Source: Polyangiales bacterium
Lineage (GTDB): Bacteria; Myxococcota_A; Polyangia; Polyangiales; Polyangiaceae
NCBI GenBank assembly: GCA_038231275.1
Contig: JBBRLQ010000002.1
Location: 160,001 to 224,000 of the forward strand
Direction: 5' to 3'
DNA: 64,000 nucleotides
In this document: one piece after another, positions 28,260-39,625 of the stretch
Layout: each line of letters opens with the position of its first letter
How positions within the stretch are numbered: position 1 is the first letter of the stretch
Notes under the pieces: generated by a model
Databases searched by the model: none
What the model saw: only the letters and a program-made list of their open reading frames with translations
Told to the model about the DNA's origin: nothing
Position numbers and translations under genes: made by a program

Positions 28260-28727
28260 ATGAGTGAGTCGCGGTTCGCGCGTGTGGATGTCGCTCGGGT
28301 CCTGGAGGCCGGCGGTCAGCTCTCGGCGACCGAGGCGGAGGCCATCCTCGAGATCGCGTACCTCTCGACCGTCGTCGACGGACGGCTCTCGGACGAAGAG
28401 ATCGCCGCGTTCGCGCAGGTCGCCGCGCGCCTTAAGGCCTCGGCGATCGAGGGGCGCAAGCTCGACGATCTGCTCGACGGGTACGCGCGCCACATCGAGC
28501 ACCGGGACATCGCGGAGCGCCTCGCCGAGCTGGCCAAGTCGCTCACGCGCGACGACGCGCGCAAGACCGCGTACAAGGTCGCGTTCGCCATGGCCCTCTG
28601 CGATCTCGCCACCAGCGACGACGAGAGCGACTTCGACGACGCGCTCGTCAACTTGCTGGGGCTGTCGATCGAGGACGTCGACGCGCTCGAGTCGGAGGTC
28701 TACGCCGCGCTCGACGGCGTGCAGTAG
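28260..28727 (+). CDS. TerB-like (tellurite-resistance family) protein
   Basis: VDGRLSDEE..AMALCDLATSDDESDF..LLGL pattern. Confidence 0.7.
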   Translation: MSESRFARVDVARVLEAGGQLSATEAEAILEIAYLSTVVDGRLSDEEIAAFAQVAARLKASAIEGRKLDDLLDGYARHIEHRDIAERLAELAKSLTRDDARKTAYKVAFAMALCDLATSDDESDFDDALVNLLGLSIEDVDALESEVYAALDGVQ

Positions 28728-28728
28728 G

Positions 28729-30351
<1,623 letters not shown>

Positions 30352-30594
30352 GGGGGGCGCGGTAAATAGCACAAGTTGGTCGCCGTACGTCGCGCGCGGC
30401 CTCTCCGTCGTGGCGGCGCTTTCACAGGGCGTGTGGCCGGCCGGCACACGCAGCCGGTGGGAACGCGCGATCTGGCGTGAAATGGCCGGTTTCCATGACG
30501 GCGCGGCGGTGGCGCGCGAAGTGCTTTAGGCAAAGTACGGAACGCCGCGTCGCGCAGCTCGCGCCGACGTCGCGCGCTCCCCTTTGGCTTCCTC

Positions 30595-31770
30595 ATGCTC
30601 GAAGACCGTCCCTCGCCGGGCGTCCGGCTCCCGTCCATCGCCATGCTCTTCGGCGCCTTCGCAGGCGCGGGGGTGGCCGCCGGCGCGATCTCGCTCGCGT
30701 TCGATCAGTCGCTCAACTTCCATGTGTTCCGCGCGGCGTCATTCGATCTGATTCACCGCCGGGACCTCTACGAGAAGCACGCGGAGGACTACTTCAAGTA
30801 CAGCCCGACGTTCGCGCTCCTCTTCTTGCCGTTCGCGTGGCTGCCTTCGTGGCTCGGCGCGCCGCTGTGGGCGCTCGCGAATTTCATGGTCGCGTTCTTC
30901 GGCATCGAGCGCGTCGTACAGGACCCCGCCCAGAAGCGCGTCGCGCTGACGATCGCGCTCGCGGGGATCTTGCTCGCCACCGACGGGGATCAGTCGAACT
31001 TGCTCGTCGCGGGCGCGCTTCTCCTCTCGCTGCACGCGTTCGAGCAGAGCAGCTCGGGGGCCGGCGCTGCGCTCATCACGGGAGCCGCGTTCGTGAAGCT
31101 CTTTCCGGCGGTCGGCGCCGTCTTCGCCCTCCTCGCGCGGCGGCGAAAAGAGGCGGTTCGCGCGCTGGCGCTGACGGCGGTGCTCTGGCTCGCGCTGCCG
31201 ATCCTCGTGATGCGTCCGCGGACGCTGGCGCGCGAGTACGCATCGTGGGGGCACCTCTTGTCGTGGGACCACGCGAACCACGGGTGGTGCGTGATGAGCC
31301 TCGTGCAAGACGCGCTGCACGTCCCGGTGTCGAGCCTCGCCATTCAGGTGACGGGGATGGCGCTCCAGGTCGTGCCGGTGGTCCTCGGCCTCCTCTTTGG
31401 GACCGACGCGCGGTGGCGCCGGACGTTCGCGTGCTCGCTCCTCGTCTTCATGGTCCTCTTCAACCATCGGGCAGAGTACGCGTCGTTCGTCCTTTCGGCG
31501 ATCGCCGTCGGAGTCTGGTTCGCGACGACGCGCCCTCGCTCGCCGCTGGTGGGCGCGCTCGTGGCGCTCGCCGTCATCGCGCCCGGGCCGTTCTTCACGC
31601 GCGCGGATCCCAGCGTCACCGGTGTCTTCGCGATCCTCGGCGCGCACCGGCAGTTTCATGCGCTGCGCCTGGTGCCGCTCGTCTTCCTGTGGGCGCTCAT
31701 GCACAAGGACTTGCTCGCGCGCTTCGTCGACGTCCGCGTGTCGCTGCGCGCGCCGGTGCGGGAGAGCTGA
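30595..31770 (+). CDS. GT87 (DUF2029) polyprenol-phosphate-sugar glycosyltransferase
   Basis: NFHVFR..DLY..FKYSPTFALLF, GDQSN, FVKLFP; polytopic membrane protein. Confidence 0.8.
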   Translation: MLEDRPSPGVRLPSIAMLFGAFAGAGVAAGAISLAFDQSLNFHVFRAASFDLIHRRDLYEKHAEDYFKYSPTFALLFLPFAWLPSWLGAPLWALANFMVAFFGIERVVQDPAQKRVALTIALAGILLATDGDQSNLLVAGALLLSLHAFEQSSSGAGAALITGAAFVKLFPAVGAVFALLARRRKEAVRALALTAVLWLALPILVMRPRTLAREYASWGHLLSWDHANHGWCVMSLVQDALHVPVSSLAIQVTGMALQVVPVVLGLLFGTDARWRRTFACSLLVFMVLFNHRAEYASFVLSAIAVGVWFATTRPRSPLVGALVALAVIAPGPFFTRADPSVTGVFAILGAHRQFHALRLVPLVFLWALMHKDLLARFVDVRVSLRAPVRES

Positions 31771-31774
31771 GGCG

Positions 31775-34336
31775 ATGCACCGCCGCATTGCCGTCCGCAT
31801 CGTCGACGCCGCCGGACGCTGGCCCGTCGTCGTCGTGGCCCTAGCGCTGGCCCTCACCTTCGCCCTCGGCGCCTTCGCGCGTCGCCTGGAGTTGCGGTCC
31901 GATCTGCTCGAGCTCTTGCCGCGCGACAGCCCTGGATTTCAGGCGTTCGAGCACCAGCTCGGACGCGTCGGAGGCGGCTCGACGCTCATCGTCATCGTCT
32001 CGTCACCCGATGGCGCGAAAAATGAGCGCTTCGTCGACGATCTGGCCGACCAGCTCGATCTCCTGATCGCGTCGAAGGCGCCGCCGGCGAACCTCATCGC
32101 GTACGTCGAGCGCGGGACCAAGGACGTGCGCGCCTTTTACGAGGCGAACAAGTGGCTCTACGCCGACCTCGAGGATCTCAGGAGCGCCGACGCCGAGCTC
32201 GATCGGCAGATCGCCGTCCGAAGCGGCCTCGTCGAGGACTTGGAGGCCCCCGACGCTCCCGCGCCGACCGCCGCTGCATCACCCACCCAACCTGCACAGC
32301 CGACCGCCGATGGCGGGGCGCCGCCGAAGAAGCACGCGCTCGGAATGGACGACTACCGCGCGCGATGGCAGAAGCGCGCCGAGGACCGCGACGCATTCCC
32401 GACCGGCTACTTCGCGACGAAGGACGGGAAGCTCGCTGGACTCCGCATCGTCACGAGCACGCAACTCGGCGACGCGCGCGGGGATGCCCTCCTCGCAGCA
32501 GTGCAGAGAATCGTCGCGCGCCTCGAGCCGCGCGGCCGTGATCCGTCGATGCATGTCGGCTTCACCGGCGACGTGGCCGGCGCCGCGGACGAGAAGAAGG
32601 CGATCATGGACGACGCGGCCCTCGCGACGGGGATCGCCGTGGTCGTCATCCTCGGCGTGATCGCCCTGTATTTCCGGTCGCTCTGGTCGATCCCGATCAT
32701 CCTCCTGCCCGCGCTCTTCGGGGTCGCTGCGGCGTATGCGTTCGCCGAGGTCGCGTTCGGGTACATCAACACGGCGGGCGCGTTCCTCGGCGCGATCATC
32801 GTCGGCAACGGGATCAACTACCCGATCGTCCTCCTCGCGCGGTACGAGGAGTTTCGCGCGCGCGGGATGGCGCCGGACGTCGCGCGACGCGAAGCCGTCG
32901 TGAACGCGTTTCGGGCGGAGCTGGTGGGGGCGTGCGTCGCGGCGATCGCGTATGGGTCGCTGTTCTTCACGCGCTTCCGCGGCTTCAGCCAGTTCGGGGC
33001 GATCGGCTTCGTAGGGATGCTCGTGGTGTGGGCGTCGATCGTGCCGCTGGTGCCGGCGATGATCGTGCTCGTCGACCGCGTCCGATCGTCTCGCTCGCCG
33101 CTCGCCTCCGACGGTACGCGCTGGCTCACGCGGGTGGCCGCGCTCGGCCCGACGCGCTGGCCGCGCTCGATCCTCGCGATCGGCGCGGCGATCACGGTAC
33201 TCGCGGCGAGCCGGATCCCCGCGTACCTCGTCGATCCGTGGGAGTACGACTTCGGCAAGCTCGGCTCGCGCCGCACCGACGTGAGCGGCGCCGGCGAGTG
33301 GTCGAACAAGGCCAACCTCGTCTTCGGCGGCAAGATGAACGTGGCCGGCGCGCTCATGCTCGCCGACACGAAGGAGCAGGTCCCGCTCGTCAAAGCCAAG
33401 ATCCTCGCGAACGACGCGCTTGATCCCGAGGGGCCCATGATCGCCGAGATTACGACGCTCTGGGACATGCTGCCGGGGACGGCCGCCGAACAAGAGGAGA
33501 AGCTGACCGTGCTGTCGAGAATCCGCGATCGGCTCTCACCGCGCGTCCTCTCCGAGCTCGACGACGACGAGCGCAAATCCATCGACGAGATGCGCCCGCC
33601 CGAGGCGCTCCAGGTCCTGGCGGACCGCGATCTGCCGCCGCTCGTCCGGCGTCGCTTCAGCGAGAACGACGGGCGGCTCGGGACGGCGTTCTACGTCAAG
33701 CCGCGCAACGACGTCGTCTTCGCGGACGGACACAACCACCTTCGCTTGTCGGCGACGACCGACGACGTGCGCCTCGACGACGGCACGGTGGTCATGACCG
33801 CCAGCCGCTCGACGATCTTCGCGGAGATGCTCCGCAGCCTGCGGCGCGACGGGCCGCTCGCCTCGCTCATCGCCAGCGTCGGCGTGATCGTCGTCGTCAT
33901 CGTCGCGGCGCGCGATCGACGCTTGGTCCTCGGCGTGCTGGCGGCGCTCGCGGTGGGCGTGGCGTGGCTCCTGGGCGGCGCCGCGTTTGCGCACGTGCGC
34001 CTCAACTACGTCAACTTCATCGCGCTGCCGATCACGCTCGGAATCGGCTGCGAATATCCATTCAACATCGCCGATCGCGTGCGGCTCCTCGGCGGCGACG
34101 TCTCCGCGGCGGTGTCGCGATCGGGCGGCGCGGTGCTCCTGTGCAGCCTCACGACGACGATCGGCTACGGCTCGCTCCTCTTGTCGGACGTGCAGGCCCT
34201 CGAGTCGTTCGGCAAGCTCGCGGTCTGCGGCGAGCTCGCGTGCGTCTTCGCGGCGGTCTTCTTATTGCCGTCGTTGCTCGTCGTGCTCCAACGCGGCAAA
34301 CGCGTCCCGCACGCTCCCATCGCGACCCTCAGATGA
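31775..34336 (+). CDS. MMPL/RND-family lipid transporter
   Basis: Two repeats of TM-periplasmic-5TM; GNGINY and GIGCEY helices; LTTTIGYGSL. Confidence 0.88.
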   Translation: MHRRIAVRIVDAAGRWPVVVVALALALTFALGAFARRLELRSDLLELLPRDSPGFQAFEHQLGRVGGGSTLIVIVSSPDGAKNERFVDDLADQLDLLIASKAPPANLIAYVERGTKDVRAFYEANKWLYADLEDLRSADAELDRQIAVRSGLVEDLEAPDAPAPTAAASPTQPAQPTADGGAPPKKHALGMDDYRARWQKRAEDRDAFPTGYFATKDGKLAGLRIVTSTQLGDARGDALLAAVQRIVARLEPRGRDPSMHVGFTGDVAGAADEKKAIMDDAALATGIAVVVILGVIALYFRSLWSIPIILLPALFGVAAAYAFAEVAFGYINTAGAFLGAIIVGNGINYPIVLLARYEEFRARGMAPDVARREAVVNAFRAELVGACVAAIAYGSLFFTRFRGFSQFGAIGFVGMLVVWASIVPLVPAMIVLVDRVRSSRSPLASDGTRWLTRVAALGPTRWPRSILAIGAAITVLAASRIPAYLVDPWEYDFGKLGSRRTDVSGAGEWSNKANLVFGGKMNVAGALMLADTKEQVPLVKAKILANDALDPEGPMIAEITTLWDMLPGTAAEQEEKLTVLSRIRDRLSPRVLSELDDDERKSIDEMRPPEALQVLADRDLPPLVRRRFSENDGRLGTAFYVKPRNDVVFADGHNHLRLSATTDDVRLDDGTVVMTASRSTIFAEMLRSLRRDGPLASLIASVGVIVVVIVAARDRRLVLGVLAALAVGVAWLLGGAAFAHVRLNYVNFIALPITLGIGCEYPFNIADRVRLLGGDVSAAVSRSGGAVLLCSLTTTIGYGSLLLSDVQALESFGKLAVCGELACVFAAVFLLPSLLVVLQRGKRVPHAPIATLR

Positions 34337-35870
34337 AGTGCTTCGTCGTCGGCCAGATTTGCTCGATCGTCACGCGCGGCTTGCGGCACACGAAGATGGG
34401 CACGCCGTTCTCGTAGGGCATGGCGAAGGGCTCGTCGGTCTTGTCGACCTCTACGACCTCCTCGAACCCCTTCTCGAGGTCCTCGCGATCTTCACCCACG
34501 GCGATGAGCACGGGGCCGCGCCCGTCCTTCGGAGGACCCCACATGAAGTACGCGTTGTGGCCGCTCACCGCGGGAGGAAGGCCCAACGCCGGCCCGAAGA
34601 AATCGACGGTCCCTGCTTCGCCGTAGTTGCTGCCGAAGATGGTCGCCTGCGCTCGCTCCTCCGGCGGGAGCGCGTCGTACGCGCGGGCGATCTTGCGCGC
34701 CATGGCTTCCCAGCCGAACTGATCGGCGAAGTGCTGGGGCATCGGGCCCATGCGGTGCTTCTCGTCCGACGACGGCGCGACGCCGAGGGCGCCCGCGTAG
34801 CGCTGGAACGCGAGCGGATCGAGGAGCGGCACCGCGAGGGGCGCGAGCGCGGCTCCGGTCACGGCGAGGACGGCGACGATCGCGGCGCGGCCGATCGGAC
34901 GAGCGACCCACGACTCGATCCCCGCTGCGCCCGCCGCATACGCCAGCGGAAAGCCGCCCGCCATGTAGTACGGCTTGCCGTGGCCCAGGAGGACGATCGC
35001 GAAGAGCGCGACGAAGGTGATGCCCAAGAAGCGATATGGCCGCGCGGCGCGCGCGACGAGCAGCCAGACCACGCCGCCGGCCCAGAGCGGCGCGGTGACG
35101 GGGTTGAAATTCAACGCCAGCGCGCCGAGGAACGCTTGCGGCGACATCGCCACCATCTTCTTGGCCTGCGCGTTGCGCATGAACTCCAGCGTCGGCCAGC
35201 CATTCGCCTGCTCCCACGCGATGTTGGGGAGCAAGAGGAGCGCCGCGATGCCGAGCCCGAGCCAAGGCCCGCGCGTCCGCAGCGCGGCGCGGTGCGGCGT
35301 GAGGAGGATGCCGACGCACAGCGCGGCGCCGAAGAAGAGCGTCGAGTGCTTGGCCTCGAGCGCGAGGCCGCACACCACGCCGAACGGAACCCACGCGCGC
35401 GTCTCGCCGTGCACCAGAGCGCGCGCCGCGAAGAGCGCCGCCGCCGACCACGCCATTGGCAGGACGCAGTTCATCGACAGGAAGTGATGGGTCCCCAGCA
35501 TCTCCGGCGCGAGCGCGCACGAGAGCGCCGCGAGCGACTGGGCGAACGCCCGCCCACCGAACATGCGCGCGAGCTCTGCGGCGAGGACGACCATCCCCGC
35601 CGCGCACGCCGCCGGCAAGACGCGCAACCCCACGAACGACGCGCCGAAGAGGAGCTGCGACGCGCGCGCCATCACCGCGACGAGCGGCGGGTGGTCGACA
35701 TACCCGAACGCGAGGTGCTTCCCGCACGCGACGTAATAGAGCTCGTCGCGGAAGACGCCGTAGCGTCCGGCGCACGAAATGAACAGACCGAACGTGAGTG
35801 CCGCGATCACGAGGACGCTGCGCGCGCGGGGCGGCGACGGGGAAGGAGACGGGTCCGCGGTCACGGTCAC
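34329..35870 (-). CDS. GT39/ArnT-like glycosyltransferase
   Basis: FRDELYY..HLAFGYVDHPPL, LEAKHS, PNIAWE, GKPYY, NYGEAG. Confidence 0.85.
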   Translation of the reverse strand: MTVTADPSPSPSPPRARSVLVIAALTFGLFISCAGRYGVFRDELYYVACGKHLAFGYVDHPPLVAVMARASQLLFGASFVGLRVLPAACAAGMVVLAAELARMFGGRAFAQSLAALSCALAPEMLGTHHFLSMNCVLPMAWSAAALFAARALVHGETRAWVPFGVVCGLALEAKHSTLFFGAALCVGILLTPHRAALRTRGPWLGLGIAALLLLPNIAWEQANGWPTLEFMRNAQAKKMVAMSPQAFLGALALNFNPVTAPLWAGGVVWLLVARAARPYRFLGITFVALFAIVLLGHGKPYYMAGGFPLAYAAGAAGIESWVARPIGRAAIVAVLAVTGAALAPLAVPLLDPLAFQRYAGALGVAPSSDEKHRMGPMPQHFADQFGWEAMARKIARAYDALPPEERAQATIFGSNYGEAGTVDFFGPALGLPPAVSGHNAYFMWGPPKDGRGPVLIAVGEDREDLEKGFEEVVEVDKTDEPFAMPYENGVPIFVCRKPRVTIEQIWPTTKHFI

Positions 35871-35871
35871 C

Positions 35872-36822
35872 TCAGGCTCGGAAGCGGTCCGTCGCTTCGA
35901 CGAGGTGATGAAGGTTCCCCGGCTCGAACGCGGAGTGCCCCGCGTCTTGCACGACATGGAGCGTCGCTTCGGGCCACGCGCGGTGCAGCGCCCACGCCGA
36001 CTCCATTGGGCACACGACGTCGTAGCGACCCTGCACGATGACGCCAGGGATCGCGCGAATTTTGTCGATGTTGGCGAGCAGCTCGCGCCCCTCGAGCCAC
36101 GCGCTGTGGACGAAGTAGTGGCACTCGATGCGCGCGAACGCGAGGCTGAAGTCGTCCTCCCCCATCTTGGCGACGAGCTGCGGCGCCGGGAACAAGTTGC
36201 TCGTGCTCCCCTCCCACACGCTCCAGGCGCGCGCCGCCTCTCCGCGGACCTTCGGATCGGCCGACGTGAGACGCTTGTAATATGCACGGACCAGATCGCC
36301 GCGCTCGGCGGCGGGAATGGGCGCGAGGTAGCCCTCCCACGCGTCGGGGTAGATGGCGCTGGCGCCATATTGGTAAAACCATTCGATCTCCCCCTTTCGG
36401 ATGAGGAAGATGCCGCGGAGGACCAGCTCGGTCACGCGCTCCGGATGCGTCTCGGCGTACGCGAGGCCGAGCGTCGAGCCCCACGAGCCGCCGAACACTT
36501 GCCAGCGGGCGATCGCGAGGTGCTCGCGGATTTTCTCCATGTCGGAGACGAGGTCCCAGGTCGTGTTGTCGTCGAGCGACGCGAACGGCGTGCTCTTGCC
36601 GCAGCCGCGCTGATCGAACAGAACGATGCGGTACGCGTTCGGGTCGAAGAAGCGGCGCTGCTTGCCCTCGGTCCCGAACCCGGGGCCACCGTGGACGAAC
36701 ACGACGGGCTTGCCCTTCGGGTTGCCGGATTGCTCGTAGTAAATCTCGTGACCGCCGCCGACCTTCAGGCGACCGATGTCGTAGGGCTCGATTTCGGGGT
36801 AGAGGGTCCGGCGGTCAGGCAT
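35872..36822 (-). CDS. pip: Proline iminopeptidase
   Basis: HGGPG, FDQRGCGKSTP, FGGSWGSTL, LRGIF, QGRYDVVCP, AGHS. Confidence 0.95.
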   Translation of the reverse strand: MPDRRTLYPEIEPYDIGRLKVGGGHEIYYEQSGNPKGKPVVFVHGGPGFGTEGKQRRFFDPNAYRIVLFDQRGCGKSTPFASLDDNTTWDLVSDMEKIREHLAIARWQVFGGSWGSTLGLAYAETHPERVTELVLRGIFLIRKGEIEWFYQYGASAIYPDAWEGYLAPIPAAERGDLVRAYYKRLTSADPKVRGEAARAWSVWEGSTSNLFPAPQLVAKMGEDDFSLAFARIECHYFVHSAWLEGRELLANIDKIRAIPGVIVQGRYDVVCPMESAWALHRAWPEATLHVVQDAGHSAFEPGNLHHLVEATDRFRA

Positions 36823-36843
36823 GACCGATGGTCTAGCACGACG

Positions 36844-37446
36844 TCACCTGCACTTGCCGCCCGTGCACTTCTTGGAGCAGCACTCCCAGAACGAACCGCA
36901 GTCCTCGTCATTCGAGAGACAGGTCCGACACTTCGCGCTTCCTGTCGGGGGACAGACGGAGCCGAGGCAGCAGAACGCGCCGCCGAACACGTTGCAGTCG
37001 GCGCCGTTCTGCGCGCAGGTGCCGACGCACGAAAAGAGCTCGCCGCAGTGCTTTCCGTAGCAGCACGCGGCCTCGTCGCCGCAACCGTTCCCGTCGACGC
37101 ACTTCCCGACGCACTTGGCGACGGCGTTGCACACGGCGGGCGCGCAGCAGCGGTTGCCCGCGGTATCGCAGGACTGAATCGGGTTGGTGCAGCCGGCCTC
37201 GGCGGCGTCGGGGACCGCCTCGCCACCGTCGGGGGTGTAGACATCGTCCGGGATCACGACGTCGGGCGCCGACGCCGGGCCGTCGCCTCCCTCGCTACCA
37301 CCATCGGCTTGGGCGACGGTGCCGTCGTGGGCCGCGTCGCCGACGAGGTGCGCCGGGTACCCGAACTGCTCGTCGAGGCCCGCGATCATCCCGCAGCCGC
37401 TCACGCCGGCGACGAACGCGGTCAGGAAGAGGAACGCGCGCCGCAC
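36844..37446 (-). CDS. Cysteine-rich lipoprotein
   Basis: VSGC lipobox; C-terminal repeats of C-x5/6-C..CC..C; GTG preceded by TACGTT-N6. Confidence 0.7.
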   Translation of the reverse strand: MRRAFLFLTAFVAGVSGCGMIAGLDEQFGYPAHLVGDAAHDGTVAQADGGSEGGDGPASAPDVVIPDDVYTPDGGEAVPDAAEAGCTNPIQSCDTAGNRCCAPAVCNAVAKCVGKCVDGNGCGDEAACCYGKHCGELFSCVGTCAQNGADCNVFGGAFCCLGSVCPPTGSAKCRTCLSNDEDCGSFWECCSKKCTGGKCR

Positions 37447-37519
37447 CCCTTCAACGTAGCGCAGCGCACGGCGGACGGGTAACTCCGCCCCGAAGAACCG
37501 CCCCGAGTGGGACAAACGA

Positions 37520-37957
37520 TCAGCGCGCCGTCATCGCCAGGCTGTCGTATTCCGTGAAGAGGCGATCCGTTGCCACCGGATCGACCCACAGGATCTCGTC
37601 CTGACCGACGTTCTGCTTGTGCCGCAGGATGAACCTCTGCCCCGCGACGACGTCGAGCGTGGCGATGGGGTTGTCACTCGAGCCGGGGGTGATTCGGTGC
37701 TGGCCAGGGGCGGCGTAGTAGCAAAAAAAGCTGGGTCCTCGCGTCATTCCGACGGTCACGCCGTTGTCTCGGAACATCGTCGGCAGGAGCTGGCCGGCGC
37801 CCGGCGGCCGCACGACACACACCTGCGCCATGCCCGGAGGAATCGCCACGAACGGGTCGACCGCGATCTCGCGAGGCTCGCCGTGCTGCGACGCGCACGC
37901 GGCGAGCACGAGCGGCGCGAGCGACGCGAACGGTGCGAATAGAGAAAGGGCGCGCAT
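37520..37957 (-). CDS. DUF2846-like lipoprotein
   Basis: LAAC lipobox; AQVCVVRP..DNGVTVG..FFCYYAAPGQH..LDVVAGQRFIL. Confidence 0.65.
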   Translation of the reverse strand: MRALSLFAPFASLAPLVLAACASQHGEPREIAVDPFVAIPPGMAQVCVVRPPGAGQLLPTMFRDNGVTVGMTRGPSFFCYYAAPGQHRITPGSSDNPIATLDVVAGQRFILRHKQNVGQDEILWVDPVATDRLFTEYDSLAMTAR

Positions 37958-37998
37958 GCTGCTCGTCTTGCAAAGCAACCCTCGTACCTGCGGCGGCC

Positions 37999-39558
37999 TC
38001 ACGGCGTCCTCCAGGTGTAGCCATCCTTCGCGAGCAGCACATCCGCCTCGGCGGGGCCCCACGAGCCCGCGGCGTACGACGGGATCTGCTTCTCGCCGGA
38101 GGCGTCCCAGAGATTGAGGAGCGGATCGGTGATGCGCCAGGCCGCTTCGACCTCGTCCGAGCGCGTGAAGAGCGTCGCGTCGCCGATCATGCAATCGAGG
38201 AGCAGTGTCTCGTACGCCGGATGGACCTCGCTGCCGAAGACGTTGGCGTAGGCGAAGTCCATGTGGACGGGCGCGACCTCGATGCCCGGCGTGAGCGCGA
38301 GCGCGGCGCCCGGGATCTTGACGTCGAAGCCGATCGCGATGCCGTCGTCGGGCTGGATCCGGAGGACGAGGACGTTGGGGCGCGGTCCCTCGCCGGGGCA
38401 CGGCTCGTACATCGGCTTCTTCGCCGGACGGAAGTAGAGCGCGATCTCGGAGTGGCGCTTCGCCAGGCGCTTGCCGCTACGCACGAAGAAGGGGACGCCG
38501 CGCCACCGCTCGTTGTCGACTTCGAACCTCATCGCGGCAAAGGTCGGCGTGATGGACGTGGCCGCGACGTCGGGCTCCTGACGGTACCCGGGCACCGCCT
38601 TGCCGGCGCATTGGCCTTCCGTGTATTGTGCACGTATCGCGTCGGTCTTCCCGTTCACGACCAGCGGCTTCACGGAGCGGAGCACCTTCACCTTCTCGTC
38701 GCGCACGGCGTCGGCGGTGGGGACGTCCGGCGGCTCCATCGCGGTGAGCGCCAGCATCTGGAGGAGGTGGTTCTGGAACATGTCGCGGACGACTCCGGCC
38801 GTCTCGTAGTACTTCGACCGCCCTTCGAGGCCGACCGTCTCGGCGGCGGTGATCTGGACGTGCGAGATGTACTCGCGGCTCCACAGCGCCTCGAAAATGG
38901 CGTTCGCAGAGCGGAAGACGAGGATGTTCTGCACCGTCTCCTTCCCGACGTAGTGATCGATTCGGTAAATCTGGGGCTCCGCGAAGACCGAGAGCACGCC
39001 GCGGCTCAGCGCCTGCGCGGTGGCGAGGCTGGTCCCGAACGGTTTCTCGACGATGACCCGCCGCCAAGGCCGCGCCTTGGGATCTTCCACGCGGGGAAGG
39101 ACACCGGCGAGCGACGAGTGCTTGCAGATGGGCTCGAAGAGGAACGGCGGCACCGCGAGGTAGAGGAGGCGGTTCTGCTTCGCGGTGTCGATCTTCGCCT
39201 CGAACGAGTCGAGGCGTGTCTTCAGCTCGGCGTAGACGGTGGGCTCGGCGAGGTTGCCGGTCACCCAGTACACGCGCCCGGCGAGCGCCTGCCAAACGGC
39301 GAGGTCGAAGCTCTTCACGTCGTCGGCCTTCGACAGCGCGTCCTTGATCGCCTCGCGGTAGCTCGCGTCGTCTTGCTTCTCGATGCCGACCGCGATGATG
39401 CGGAAGTCGGGGCTGAGCAGGTCCTTGCTAGCGAGCTGGTAGATCGCGGGGAAGAGCTTCCGCCGGGCGAGATCGCCGAGGCCGCCGAAGATGACGAGCG
39501 TGCACGGCTCGCCCTTGGCGAGCGGCCCGGTGGAGACGGGCGGTACGGTGATGGTCAT
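37999..39558 (-). CDS. zwf: Glucose-6-phosphate 1-dehydrogenase
   Basis: IFGGLGDLARRKLFPA, IVEKPFG, YRIDHYVGKETVQN, RDMFQNHLLQ, GVPFFVRSGKRL. Confidence 0.97.
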   Translation of the reverse strand: MTITVPPVSTGPLAKGEPCTLVIFGGLGDLARRKLFPAIYQLASKDLLSPDFRIIAVGIEKQDDASYREAIKDALSKADDVKSFDLAVWQALAGRVYWVTGNLAEPTVYAELKTRLDSFEAKIDTAKQNRLLYLAVPPFLFEPICKHSSLAGVLPRVEDPKARPWRRVIVEKPFGTSLATAQALSRGVLSVFAEPQIYRIDHYVGKETVQNILVFRSANAIFEALWSREYISHVQITAAETVGLEGRSKYYETAGVVRDMFQNHLLQMLALTAMEPPDVPTADAVRDEKVKVLRSVKPLVVNGKTDAIRAQYTEGQCAGKAVPGYRQEPDVAATSITPTFAAMRFEVDNERWRGVPFFVRSGKRLAKRHSEIALYFRPAKKPMYEPCPGEGPRPNVLVLRIQPDDGIAIGFDVKIPGAALALTPGIEVAPVHMDFAYANVFGSEVHPAYETLLLDCMIGDATLFTRSDEVEAAWRITDPLLNLWDASGEKQIPSYAAGSWGPAEADVLLAKDGYTWRTP

Positions 39559-39625
39559 CGGTCCCTCCGAGCTTGCGAGCGTACCGCGCCTCCGCCGAGT
39601 GCGGAGTGATAACTTGCCGAGCTGA

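Noticed and set aside
30352-30447. N-terminal extension of prfC given by the ORF track
   Set aside because: RF3 similarity begins at MDLEQEIAKRKTFAII (ATG 30351)
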